A stretch of DNA of 64,000 bases from contig OZ286469.1 in the NCBI GenBank assembly GCA_965644265.1, positions 88,660,001 through 88,724,000 on the forward strand, written 5' to 3'. Below the pieces are notes generated by a model. The model saw nothing but the letters and a program-made list of their open reading frames with translations, was not told the origin of the DNA and searched no databases. The stretch comes from Glycera tridactyla. Its lineage: Eukaryota. The translations under genes were made by a program, and so were the position numbers. Of this stretch, positions 39,501 through 54,500 are shown one piece after another (within the stretch, counting starts at the first letter, position 1; every line of letters starts with the position of its first letter).

Positions 39501-42500
39501 CCCTCACTTGACTGGGGTATGTAGATGCTCAGTCAAACATCCACTAGACCAGAATGTTGAATAAAAAATTATCTCGCAAGAGAATTTTCGACAATACAGA
39601 AAATCCCAATGTAAGCTATGTATGAGGTATTTGTATGTACAATTCTGAGCTCTGCGATGCTCAACTTGTTGCTGCATAAAGCCATTAGAATGCTACCCTT
39701 CCTCTCTACAGAGAGTAAAGTCAAGCACCAAAGCTACATACAGTGTGGAGGCCAACAGCAGGGCCTGGAGAAATGTGAGTCAAATTTCACCTACAGTCAA
39801 ACCTGACAGAAGCATGCCATCGAGGTAAGCAGCAATAGTGCATGCCTAGGGCAGGTCCATCTTTAGTACAGGTAAGTTAATGTGAGAATATTCTGGTGGA
39901 ATTAATAGAGAATGGCTGTCCAATACAGGTTTCCACCTAGTACAGAACACGCTTTAAACAGGCTCAACTGTTTTCTGCATCATTTGCCCAATTCATGTGT
40001 CCAACCTGAAAGAACAAAACTCTGATATCTCAGCAAGAATCATCTAATGATCAGAAAAATGTCATCAAATTCAGCAAAATCCATGGTAATGGCAGAAATT
40101 CTTAGTACCTCTGGAAATCCTCATCATTGGAAGGATAGGCAAGGTTGTGTCATTTCAACATGTCTCATATTTTTCCGTGTTACACCACATGTTTGATGGC
40201 TCACCAATATCATCTAAACATGTCTGATCGAAAATCTGCAGCATCCCTCAATCTGCCTAGGCGATGTTTCTAAAAAAAAATTGTGAGTGAGGGGCACCAC
40301 TGGGAGAAATGCTATTCATTTCAAGAAATTCATTGATCGGCATTTTGCTGCCTGGCATGGTGAGTAGAAGCTCAAAACGCTTAGTACAGTAAAACCTGTC
40401 TTGGGAGACCGCCCCAAACGCCAATGAAAAGTGGTCTCTCAAGACAGGTGGTCTCTCATTGGAGGTATATTTGATTATGTCAAATAGAGAAGAGCCAATA
40501 AAGAGCAGTCTCCCATTAGAGGGTGGTCTCCCAAAAGAGGGGTCTCCCAAGACAGGTTTCACTGTATGTCTATTCTGAGTATGGGTCAACAACTTCAGAT
40601 CTAGAAGAGGTAGCCGCCCACCTGCCTGGGACAGGCCCACTCACTTGCCCACTCACTCCTACAACCAAACCTCTTCTCCCTGAACATTTGAGGCCTACAG
40701 GCCTATCACACACCACAATCTGTCCAATACGGCTCAAGTACAACTGATCATAAACATTCACTCTTAATCATGAACGTGTGTGCCAATGAATTGTTCGGAG
40801 GACGGAGAATGAAAGCTTGCGACTAAGCTAGGAAGATTGTTTGGATAGTTGGTTAGAGCTCAACAGTATGAACAAACCACAAGATTATCATTCATGTAAA
40901 CCATGAGTTTCAGATTTATGCGAGCTGTATGCTCAGTCCTGCTCCCCAACAAGCATCACTCCCACACACCTGAGCACAAGATGATGGGGAGCCAGAGGAT
41001 TGTCAAGTGTGAAGAGTGTGAGCCAAATAAGCAAGGTGTGAAAACGCACCTCAGCCAACCTGTCATGGTACTCAAGTCACTTTCACCTTCCAGCATTCCA
41101 CCATTCATACACGGGGTGAAGATTCTCCATTAGGCCAAATGAGTTCACTCTTTAGCCAAATTAGCTAAAATATACACATATTCTCCATTAGTAATGATTG
41201 AGTCTGAGTCAGTCGCCTAGGAGTGCCTGATACTCTCAAGCGACAGAATGGCAGCTGATGTTTGTAAAGGATGAGTGTCTGAAATAAACATGCAAACAAT
41301 ATGTCCTACAGGTGGCACTTTGACAACCTGCTGCTCCACAACTCATTTAAAATGCAACTCATGTTGCAGCTGACAGAGAGAGGCTCAAATTGACATGTAA
41401 CAAATGTCAGGAGGATTCTAGTATCACCAGACTCCGACCACAATTATGTGCCGGCCAAAATGAGAAAACTCCATAACATGATGAAGAGTACACAATCATG
41501 CATATCATGTGACTCTTTGTGTCTCTCTTACTCATTCATAGACAATGCTGCCTTTCAGTTATACGATCTCATCTGTAAAGAATTCTTGAATGAATCTGTA
41601 GTTTTGAATTCTCACTCACTTTTAAGGACCATTGCAAACTAGCCCAACTGCCACCTGGTGGATATTGGTGAAACAAGACAACTGTGGTGGCACATGACAA
41701 ACCATCTGGCAATCTCTATTATTGCTGGTCTGATTCTGATAATCAACCAACCAACCAACCAACCAACCAACTAGGGCTGGGACGAAACACGATAGTCACG
41801 AAACGAAACATTTCTAGAAACACTTCTCACGAAACGGATAACAAAATGAAACACGATTCATCCCTCCTTAAGAATCTGGCGCCGCGATCCTCCTCTGTGC
41901 GAACCGCCCATGGCTTTGTATTATGACTATCGCTACTATCGAATATCAACGCACCCGCCAAAAGTTCATCAAATCACCCTTATTCGAGCTGTCTACCACA
42001 AATCAGAAGTTTCTTTCATGAAACGATGTATTCTCGCATCTTATTAATGGCCGATCGGCAGTCGCTATTTGGCCATCAGAAATACATTCGCGCGAAACTG
42101 GGTTATTAGAAACGAAGAGGATGCTTTTGCATCGCGGCCGCTGATTGGCTGAGAGCTCGCAACCTCGATTCTACTGGCCAATCAGGATCGAGCTTACAGC
42201 GAGGCTTCGTCTCCAACCGCCGCCAGGCGATATTAGAGGAATGATGGAGTTGCCTCTGTTTATCCATGCTAAATACAAATAATACAGGTTTATGGCGTGG
42301 CCCATCTCGCAATTTGGGTGTTTCGTTGTACAGTAAAACTTGCCATAGTGTAATCCTGCCCACAGTGAAATCCTGTCTACAGTGAAAAGAAAAATCTGGC
42401 CCGAACGTTTTTTTTTTTCACTATAATTGACCTGTATATAGTGAAATTCTGTCTACAGTGAAAAGAAAAATCTGGCCCGTGACTTTTCACTATAGACAGG

Positions 42501-45500
42501 TTTTACTGTATTTCGAAATCCTCCTCTTGGTTTCGAAACAATTGTTTTGCTGGTAAAGTATCGGTATTATCAGAATTTCGGTGAATCGTCCCACCCCTAC
42601 AACCAACCACAAACAGGGATCCTAATCTTACTCTGCAACAACACTAATGCATCTTCAAAATTGTAAGATAGGTCGATTTTTTGTTTAAGAATGTAGGCAG
42701 AAGAGCTCAAGTTGTTGATGGAATAATTTATTCCAAGTGACACTTGCCAGTGAGAAGATACATTACCATAGGGAGGGAATACCTGCTACAGAATCCCTAC
42801 TTCACCAAAGTTTAGATGTTATTAATGTCAATGGGGTGCTCCCAGCTGCTCATATTGCTCAAAACCGTTGGGTTCACAACATATAATTCAGGGTGAAAAG
42901 CCAGAAATAAAATATATCCCTGTCTAGTCACAAGAGATATTTGAAATCCACCATTTCCTCGACAAACTGCTGCATTATATCGTGTACAATTAATTAATTA
43001 TCATCATTTATTCACATTCCGAGCACATGAATACAAACTTCACATGCCCACCATGAAAATCTACCTGTGCCAGGACGCTATCTTTCCTCAACCTAAAGGG
43101 TGAGTAAACTTGAAAATGTATTTCTGTGATTGTAACTTGGTTTCAGTTGTATGGGCCGAAGTGCAACAGGCAGTGCCAACAGCAGTTTTGAGTGAACAAT
43201 ATTGCAGGTGTACAGTATTCAGGACTGGGTCAACCTGTCAGCTCTGCCACTATACAACCATACATCAAAAGTGCAAAATAAAACATTCTGGCCACAAGCC
43301 AACCCAGATACCTCAATGAAAGACTCTCTTGGCAGCCAGCTAACAACGCCAGATTGCAGGGGCTAGACAAATGCCTATCAAATGCTGTTTCCTTTCATGT
43401 CTCAACTACATATTTACGTTCAATTAATTGTATTTCCTCTTTCCCAAAGGTGAACAAGAATATGAAATATGAATCAATAAGCTAGTGGCTCTCCCTTCAT
43501 GTAAACATGCAGCAATTACCAGATTTGTACATTTGTTGAACACGAGTTGATGGGGAACCTGAAACATTGTCAAGTGAAAGTAGCTAACAGTTAAGACATG
43601 CAATTACAGTGAAACCTGCTTGAGTGTAAACCTGTGCTAGGCAAAATCCTGTCTTAAGCACATACCCCACGGTCTGCCCGGATGTTTTTTTCTCATTATA
43701 ATTGTCCTGCGCTAAGCAAAATTCTGTCTTAAGTGAAAGAAAAATTTGGTCCCGTGACTTTTCACTTAAGACAGGTTTTACTGTACAAGAACACCACGCT
43801 CCTCATAGACAATGGTTATCTCTTTATAATGGTGCACTTTAAGGTACAGTTAAATCAAAATTACATGGCATGGAAAGATAAATTTATATCTATATTGCAG
43901 GGCACAATAAGGTTCACTTAAATCTGTGCCAGGCATCTGCTTCCAAAGGCAAATTTCAAGGAATGACTGCAATAATAGTGTATACTGTGGTTGACACTGT
44001 TTGAGAGACGATCTCGGTACAACTGCCACCCTGATCAGTGACAGCAGGAGAATATCATATGGTGAATGATCTCTCTGTGAAGGCCACCCATCAACAAAGA
44101 CCGCCAAGGGTCGGCTTTGGAGACTGTTTCAACTCTATAAACCAACCCCGTAAGGGGCTCCCTGTGTACAAAGAGAAATTAGCCTTTGTAGACAGGTTTA
44201 AAGGAAAATTCGGTCTACACAGTGTAATCCATGCAGAACATTTTCAGCCTGAAAGTCTATGGAAAGTTCTGACCGCTATACTTGATCCTATGCTGTTTAG
44301 CATGTTGTGAGTTTCTGGTCGGTAAAAACGTGTGCACANNNNNNNNNNNNNNNNNNNNNNNNNNNNNNNNNNNNNNNNNNNNNNNNNNNNNNNNNNNNNN
44401 NNNNNNNNNNNNNNNNNNNNNNNNNNNNNNNNNNNNNNNNNNNNNNNNNNNNNNNNNNNNNNNNNNNNNNNNNNNNNNNNNNNNNNNNNNNNNNNNNNNN
44501 NNNNNNNNNNNNNNCCTTCACCTTCACAGAAATATCTAACTACACAAGCATGCTCTGCCTGAACACTAGCTGAGTTGTTTACCCAGCAGAAGAAACTGTT
44601 TAGATAAGACCAGTTGAATGTTTGTGTGTATTCACATATCTAGAGTATCCAAATGACATTAGGTCTCCAGTCTCACAAAACCACTGGTATGGTATGCTGA
44701 GGAAAAAGTGACTCTTCATCCACAGTCAAATAACGCAACATCTAATGGCTGAACTGGCTGTTTTCAAAGACATGATGAGTACAAAAAGTTTATGCAGTTT
44801 CCATCTTTTATGATGATCTCAAATGCCTAAGAATATCATGAGGGACCTCATATTTTGCCTGGGTGGGTTTAAATATGAGTAATATGTACAGACGATTGCC
44901 TTAAGTTTGCATTTTCTCACAAACTTCTCCAAATGGGTTAACCCAAAATCAAATAGAGCAGGCTCCTTGTTGATTCAAGATGTGTAAAATGTCCCCATGT
45001 TCCCTCTAGATACAACCGTGGTCCCTCTAGTATCTACTAGATACAACCGTGTAACCCCTGTTTCCTGGAATTTCACAGGAGCAGATGTGCGAATTTCCAA
45101 TATTGGCTCCAGTCAAATCATTATAGTTGCTCTGTACATACAGTCAAACATGTCTATAAAGACCGCCTCTGGTCACATCATACAGTGGTGTTTATTGGGA
45201 GGTGGTCTGTATAGAGAGGTCATTTACTGTAGAAAATACTACCATGGTCGCAGCTCAGGGTGGCCTTTATAGAGAGGTGGTCGTTATAGAGACATGGTCT
45301 CCAGAGGAGGTTGGACTGTACACCAAAATCTGACTGTGGTGACACAAGTGCTCACTTTTGATGGGTTCCCAACACTGGTTACATGGTTTGAAGTCATGCA
45401 CCAGAGCGATACTATGGTGTGATTACCAGTCACTTGTCCATCGTTGGGAGCACTTCTCTGACCACTATATTAGTGTACATAATATGTGGGAGACCAGACT

Positions 45501-48500
45501 GTGCTTCTCATGGATCCCTGTTTGTGTTTGAAAATGGTATGAACCGGGTAGTGAAAATGTGACATTGGATGTAGACATATCATCTAGTCTCCATCATATT
45601 GCTTAGCCGATATGTTTGAGCTTGAGCCATACTCATCTTAATGGGCAGCCAAAAGTTCAAAAATTAATTGCATGAATTTGCAGTAAAAACCACCATCATC
45701 GTTTGACTGGCTCATATACCCATCCACATTAATGCTGCGACGATTACCCGATTTTATTGATTATTGCATTGTTGAGAAGTCCGATTTGATTGATCGATCA
45801 TGCAAATTGACAATCGATTAAGTTATTGTCACTGGATATGGATACAAAGTCATAATTTCACTTCAAATTTTGGATATTTCTGGGGTCAGCCAGGGAGTCC
45901 AAACTCCGATTATTTGATCGATAATCAATCTTTGCCAAGTCCGATTAACCAGTCATCACTTTTGCAACCGAGTCCGAGCACTAGTCCACATGCGCATTCA
46001 TACTCTAATTTAGATTCAGTAAGATTAGGAATGGTTCATCAATAAAAACGTGCCACAAGATGCTGACATGTGAAAAATAGACAAATGTATTTGAGAAGAT
46101 GGTAACTAGGTCATGTTTGTTATAGATATAATCCATCTGATAATGATTGGCTCACTAGAAATGAAAAGAAGTTAGGAGTTCACACTACTCACAGTGTGTT
46201 TGATTCTAACGAAGAAACATAGTGATGAAATAGAGTGAATTGTCCCATCATTGACTTAGTGAATCTGTCCAGCAGAATATCCGAGCAGGGCTTCTGAATG
46301 TTTACAGCAGCGAGGCTGAACCAAGACTAGAAGATCCACTCGAGGCCATTTCACCAAAGTAAGTGAACTCACAAGTGGGGAGTGCTGTCTTTTATCCATC
46401 CAATTTCTCTTAAAATTTCACTTTCCCATTGAAATTTTACATACTGAAAATACCCAAAGTTCAGTGACCAGAGCCCCTGATACGTAACATGGTGGGTGAG
46501 AAATCCAGACGAGGGGATTGATACCCCCCCCCCCCCCCACCCCCCACTTAGCATCTCCTCAAGATGTCTAACTAGGCCCAGCAATGCAGCATCATTGCTC
46601 CACAAACAGACCAGCTGAATCAGCTCCAGTGTCTGGGATGAGATGAACCCTTCACTGGCCCACAGCTGATTTCACTGGCCCACAGCTGATTTCACTGGCC
46701 CACAACTTTTCCATACAAAATCAACAGAATGGCATTTTTGGCATCGTATAACACACAGATTTCCTAGTGAATAACCAGCTCCTGGAGTTTCACACACAGA
46801 TGATGGCATCTCCCATTATCATCATACAGTCGAACCTCCTCTAAAGACCACCTCTCTATAAAGACCACCTGAACTGCGACCGTGGTAGTATTTTCAACAG
46901 TAAATGACCTCTCTATAAAGACCACCTCCCTATAAAGACCACTTTTTGTTGCAACTGGAGGCGGTCTTTATAGAGAGGTTCAACTGTATATGGGTCATGG
47001 GGTGAGATCATAGCTGGTACATGAGAGACCACCTCTGATCATGTCCGATGAGAGACCATCTAAGATGATATCCTCAAATAATTGTGGGACGTGCACTAAG
47101 CATGCTCTGTACTGAATTCTTCCCATCATATTAATTTACTGGTTCTGTGCGGGTACTTGTACAGGTTTGATTACACAGTCAAACTCGTCCAAAGCATGAA
47201 GCCAAATGTGCCTAGGGCAAGTTCATGCTTAGAACAGGTTAATTACAGTGGAAAATACTCTAGCAGGACAAACTGAACCTCTTGCTCGACAAGTTTGACT
47301 GTACTTGTTTCACTATTATTATATAATAGGTGACCATGCCTACAAGGCTCGATTGATTTATTGATTGATTCATCTCATTGATTGACCACTGTTCTTTGTC
47401 TCTGGCACTTGGACTGGGTTACTTGAGACTTAAAAAGATTATTCCCTGAATATATCATCGCAAAATTAATGAACGCTGGTATTTTATTAGTGGAGCCATG
47501 CCAATGCAACTTCATCTTCCAACGAAATGACATGTTTGTGTTACACATATAACTCACACACAGACAGTCACCCACTTCCCACGAGCCTCGTTTAAATGTA
47601 ATTCTTCACCCATGTTCGCCATTTACAGATGATGATAACACCTCTCATGGAGGACATGTCACAAATGCACTTACACCACTTCATACTATTGTTCCCCTCA
47701 TTCAATCATCGCCTGTGGAGAAGTATTACTATAATTCGGGTCTAAATCTGTGGGGCACCTCTCTGATACACTCTCCACGTTTTTTGCCGGCTCGGTCTCC
47801 AGGAGGGTCATGGGGTGTACATACAGTATAAATATATTTACTCCTCATCCATTTATTTAGGGCTCATCCAAGTCAACATCACTAGTCTTATCTGCTGTAC
47901 TATGACTTCTCATCAACATTGACCCAATGATGACAAATTCCCATTATACGTCCAATTTTTTTCCTCTTGAGAAAATTACATACAGTAAAACCTGTCTTAA
48001 TTGAAAAGTCACGGGACCAAATTTTTCTTCCACTCAAGACAGGAGATTGCTTAGCGCAGGACAATTACATGTACAGTCGAACCTGTCCTAAGCGGCCACC
48101 CAAGGGAAATTCGAAAAGTGGTCTCTTAGGACAGGTGGCCGCTTAGAGGAGGTGTCCGAATAATGATCTTGCTTGCGTGTTTGAATGCCATTTTCGAGTA
48201 AATCTCGACATACGCGAGACCAACTTCTACCGGGTGTAGAATGATGCTGATAACGATGTCTTTCACAACCCCCGATCGCTCTCAATGTGCCTAAAATACA
48301 GCCGGGTGTCAATAAATAGTTACCAGTCGCGAGAAGCATGTCTCTTCTTGCGTTTTTGATGATCGTTTCTGATAAAAGTATGACGATTTCGCCATAAACG
48401 TGATGAAAACACTAAACGAGTATAGTCATTTGAGAGTGTTCCGCCATCTTGGGCCCCGTCAGACTTTGAGGAGAACGACAATGAAGAAAGCCAATTCGCA

Positions 48501-51500
48501 TAAATTATGTTAAGTAGGTACTTCTGGTAACTTCAGCACCTTATGACTATTCACAACAATCACTCTCTGAGATGCCAGGCTTTCGTTTTTATCGCGAAAT
48601 ACATGCAGATTCGGCTTTGACACGTGTCTTTCGTGGTGGAGATCGCTTCCACATGGATTGTACCCGTGAATCATTGAAGTATGCAGGCGCGAAAGACCTA
48701 ACAATAGCCGTGTTGAGGCGTGAATTGGCTTTAATCTACTCACTGGCCACTGATGACAACTCTCTATTTGTTTGAGTGCAAGCTACCGTGACCGTTTCTC
48801 GCCGCCTCGCGTCCGTCTAATACAGGTGAATTGCTCTCAAGGGATGACTATTTGGTGTCCGCTGTCCGCCTAGGCCAGGTTCACGCTTAGAACAGGTGAA
48901 ATATAGTGAAAATACGTTCGGGGGAGTTGATGGTGGCCGCTTAGGGCAGGTGACCGCTTAGTAGAGGTGTCCGTTAAGGCAGGGGCGACTGTATAGTGAG
49001 AAAAAAACATCCGGGCAGACCGTGGGGTACGTGCTTAAGACAGGATTTTGCCTAGCACAGGTTTACACTCAAGCAGGTTTTACTGTATACTTCAGAAAGT
49101 ATCTGACTAGAAGCTTTCCATCGAATTTCTTTAACTTCTTATGCCAATGAGGGGAAGCAAAATCCTTGGAAATATGTTCAATTTCATCAAAATAGCCATC
49201 ACTATACAATTCTTTTTTTGAAAATCCTGAAATAGGAATGGGTTTAAGAGATGCTGTCCAGTGTTCAGAGCATCAGATTGTTGGTTGGCCTGAGTCCTCC
49301 GGCCTCACTATTGCCTTTTTGGCCCATCGATATTGCTTATTATCGGTCCTCTGGACGAACTTTTTTTCTCCCTGGTGAAGAAGAGATGGCCCATCATTCT
49401 GAGTTATGATCCTTGGTATTTCTAATCCATGGGCCAAGGGGCCCATCAACCTGTCAGCTAATCTGAGGTCTTAAGTGACTCCTGCCAAATAACACGGTCT
49501 ACAGGCATCACCAGCTGTGAAATAAATGGAGTGCTCAAATATTCCTATATTGAGATAATATTCCTATAAGTATGTAGATTCCTCACAATGAAATGCAAAT
49601 TGAGGCAGTAGAAGAGAATATCATTTCTCCCCTTCTACTTAATTGAAATGGGAATGTCTCCATTCCCCTCATATTTTACAAGACCCAAATATCTTCAAAT
49701 CAACTATTTTTCTTCAAATCCTTGCCTTTCAAAGACTGGTGCTATCACAGACCTTCAGCTTGTTGGTAGAACAGAGCCCTTTGTCCCCATTTATGCATTT
49801 TCTGTTCACATATCCCATATGGATAAGCAGACCTAACCTATTCTTCCCAGTAATCTATCGTGAGTTACAAGATGTCCCATTATTTCGAGATATGGATCAT
49901 GATGTTTCAAGTTCATTAACCGCCAGGGCTAATTCTTAACGGAGCTGACTCTTAATAGTATGGCAGTCTGCAATCATTCTTCATCAAAGAATTCTCAGGG
50001 ATCACTCATCAATCTGAAGGGCTATCAACTTTAGATGTGAAGGCCTACACATACTCATCTCAGATCTTGAAAAGAAATACAGATTTGAAGGTGGCCGTTA
50101 TTGATTCTGAGGTTGCTACATCGGTGATGTCAATAAGATGAAGCAAAAAAGAAAAAATACGCACATGAATTCTCCAAAATATCTTCTAGAAACTTCTAGC
50201 CATATTGCAGCCTATTCTTAATATATATTTTTTCATCAGATTCAAAGATTTTTTTGAGCATTGGCATCAATGCTAAGTGGGGAAAGGCTGAACTGCCATT
50301 TGCACTGTGAGGAGTACATTCAGTTCAGATATCACAGGAAGCATTTGTTTGTGATATAGCACAATATTTCACATATCAGTGAATGCTTGATGCGGAATCA
50401 TCTTTTTAAAGTTTCTTCACATGCATATGAAACAATGACAATGACATAAGACCTGGACTCAAGCCAGACAGACACAAGGACAGTTGGATGGGTGAGCTGC
50501 ATCAGGCAGAAAACCAGGCTCACTATACAGTGACAGCATCCATAAATCTAGTTGTGTGGCATCCTCGCCGGAAGCAAATATCCATCATTTCATTCTCGTC
50601 ACTTTGAGAATGTGTCAGATTCAATCGCCTGGCTCATCATATACAAATAATAACTGCCCTGACGCCATCAGAAGCTAACCGGATCCTGATCTATACATTC
50701 AGCAAATAAAGCCAGACCCCATCCTCAGATTGGTTATCGGCATTCTGACAGAGCATCAGCATTGCTTGAAATAAACAATGCCTCATGGTCAGGAGGTGAA
50801 GAGACTATGACAATGACAATGACAATGACAATGACAGAAACTTTATTTGGCGAATACAGCAATTTTCACATAGATAGACTGGTGGATTTACCAAGTGGAT
50901 TTGAAGTGGAATATATGAGAATACAGTCGGAATGAACTTATGTTTCACTGTACATCATTGGAATGTACAAATTACATTCTCACATATCATCTATTTTTGG
51001 TGGATTTGAAAGAAGCAAGCTGTCTTGTGCACTGTCCTATGCAGACCACTTGAAAGAAAACAGCTACACACCCCACCAGGAGCACACTTCCCTCTCCACA
51101 CAGACACCCAGTTGACAATCCAATCTTATTCATGTTTGAGCTGTCATTTATAAAAATTTTCACACAATGATCAAGAGACCATGTCTCTATAAAGCCACTT
51201 GCATACAAAGGCCGCCCTGAGCTGTGACCATGATACCTTCAAGAGTAAATGACCATGCTATAAAGGCCACCTGTCTATAAAGGTCACTTATTGCTACCGA
51301 AAGTGACCTCCATAGAAAGGTTTGACTGTATGCGATGAACATGAATTGGGTCAGGCTGAACTTCGGAGAAGATGGATTTTAATCCATGCCATCTGACATA
51401 GCATCCCAAGACAATGTTACTGGGTTCTACGCTAAGGCTTGCCCTACTGGCACAGACAGACAGATTCAATGTTAGGGCAGGTGATTTCATCAATATGCCT

Positions 51501-54500
51501 AACCGATTGGCAGCTACACAATCCTGATTTAATCCATGATTATATGCAGGAGGGTAGATGAAAATTTTTGGTACGGCAGGTGGAAATCCCATTTCACCTG
51601 CCCGAAGGACAACTGAAGAAAGAGAAGTTAGCGTAGAGCCCTGTGTTACTAATCATCACTGGGTTTGGTATATGATGCTGGTATGACTACTGCTGACTGA
51701 TACACACCAACACCCCCACCCCCAAGCCTATAGGGTTACGATCTTCACCCTCCATCTGGAGCTTCACCCTGCATCTGGCGTGACCAATCAACAGCATGGT
51801 ATGCACGCCAGGTATGTGCCCCCTTGTACAGCTGGAAGCAGTTCATCATGAACCCTCACAAACCAGGCCAGCACCAGCTCCATCATCACCAGCCCTGAGA
51901 TGTCTGTTACCTCACCAACCCCAGTCATTACCCTAATGAGAGTCAAACTAAATCCAGGGCTCTTTTAAAACCTGCCTTGCCAGCACACATAGGCAGGATA
52001 AATTATTAGGGCAGGTACTTTTGATAATCTGCCTGCCTGATGAGCAGCTATGTTCTATGATTATATGCAGGAGGGCAGAGCAAAAGTAAGGGGGCGAGTT
52101 GGAAATCCAACTCAATCTGTCCAAAGAGTAACTGAAGAGAAAAGTTAATGTAGAACCAACAAAGCAGACAAACAATCAGAGATGATAAACTACAGAATGA
52201 TTCAAAACCATGACTGCTAAATGTGACATTATAGTCAGACCTCTCTAACGGCCAATATGACCACATCAAAAAGTGTTTTTTGAAGGCAGCTGGTGTTGGT
52301 AGACTATAATTACGGTAATAAACATTACTGAAGTTATTTCTCCAGATGATCTCTTTAGGCAGGTGGTCTTTGTAAGAATGCAGGTTCAACAATATTCACA
52401 ATATATTAATATTAATTAATCAAAATTTCCCAACAATAATGATATGTGAATGAGATGTGTGGAATCAAAGAACGTTTGCAATGGCAGGTATAGTATCTTA
52501 GCAAACATGACAGTCTCTTGCTTTCAATTTTATTCTGCTTTCAATTTTACTGTTTACAGGATGCTGCTCCACGGAGGAAATAGTTCATTCATCATGTGAG
52601 TCACTCCTACGATTGTGTAAACAATGAGCCTCAGTCTCATCTCCGATCAGGATTCACAGAGGATCTGTCAGCAGCCTGCATTTACAACTATATATAGCAC
52701 AAATAATCAAATGTACAGTTGAACCTGACTAATGTGACCCCCCCCCCCCCCCCCCCCCCCCCCCTCCAGTCTCACCTCCGATCAGCATCCAGAGGGACGC
52801 TCTTTTAATATTCTTTAATCTGAGTGTTTGTCCCAGTAGGACAAGCCTTGCCATAAAGCCCTGTGCATGATCACATGGTGTGATTTATTGGAACCCAAAC
52901 CAACAAATAAAAACCTGATCCCTCAACATGATTGGGGTATATCAATACAGCTGATGATGTTACATATGATTGAAGGATTATGAACGCTATGTGTTGCTGG
53001 TCAATGAAAGCCGGATATTCTGTCCCCTGCAGGCATCACTTACACAAACCCTTAATACATGATGAGGGGGAACCTGAATGGTTATCGATTGGAAGTAGCT
53101 GACAGTTCAGGCACACCTCTACCTACTTAACACAAACATTGACCTGATGATAGAATATGTAACTATGTTTCTGGAGAGCTCTCAAAATTCTCATGGTTCA
53201 CCCATTCCCCACTGATATTCATACTCAAAATATCATCCTCATCATATCAGGATGGTAATTACTAGAACAACCAATGTTTGCATTAAATTATCAGGGATGA
53301 GAAATTGGTTATTCTCCAACAGATAGGAGTTGTGACAGCCACTCAGTTCCTTCCACTAACAATATTTTAATCAAGTAATTATCGCCATTGTAACATGATC
53401 CCGGCACATTTCCAGGACAATACAGCCCCCAGCCTCCACTATATAATTAGAGATAGAGTGCTACCAATGTGTGCCCCCCAGTCATATTTACCCTAAAGTG
53501 GATGATATGGTGTGGGGGCATGATTTCTAACTCTCGATAGTAATGGGGAAGGTCTCAGCGACACGTCTGCTATAGGCACAACAGCGTGGTGAAAGCTGAT
53601 TTTTCACTGGACCGGTGGTTCCCTAGTGACTGGTTCACCTACGTCATCAGCATTGCTATATAGTAGAATAGCAATGTGAACAAATCACTAAGCGATGTAA
53701 ACAACCCATGACGTCACAAAGGTGGCGTCAATGGCGTCTGTGATGTCATAGAGGGCTGCCTCACTGATTGTGGGGGAAAGGTCTGGTTTCATGGGGGGGG
53801 GGGGGGGTCTTACTTAATTTCTAGCTCTCCTATCTCCACACCAACCAAAATACAGTTGGATATGCTTTCAAAGACCCTTCCTTTACAAAGGACACTTGCT
53901 TACAAAAGTCATTCATCATGTGATGATACACACTATTGTACTAGTGTAAGGAATCAGTGCCCACTTGGGAATCAATTGATCAGGATTTATTGATTGATTG
54001 ATCAATCGCAATCAATATTCCGCCAACACATCAGCTGGACGGATTTGATACAGAGCTGGTGACTCACTGTGATATTGATGCGGGTAGCCATGAGTCACGA
54101 GATGTGGGAAGAGGCATAGATAGACAAATGTATTCATGAAATTGATCACTGTGACCCATTTATTCTACAGAAATAAAATTACATCCATTGAGATCTGTAT
54201 TGCTACAATGCAGGGATGTGATTGGCTCACAACCCGAACCCCGAAAACCTGATGGAGGTGCTTTTCACCAAGATTTTGGACCAAGAAATCCCACAACTGC
54301 TGGCTAATGGCTACTTCAACTATATAAGCTCCGTGCTCCATCTCTACCAATCCCGGTCTGATTTTCATGATCTAACATTCAAAATAATCAGCGTGAAACG
54401 TTCCTCTCTGCCATATGCATTTGCAATCAAAAACCTGGAAAATCACGGATCCTGGGAACAATCACATCCCTGTATGATGGAAAACAGTAAAGTACAGAGT

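Noticed and set aside
46653-46706. Short regular repeats resembling a CRISPR array (also 58081-58143)
   Set aside because: They are head-to-tail tandem units with no unique spacers, in a eukaryotic intron with no cas genes.
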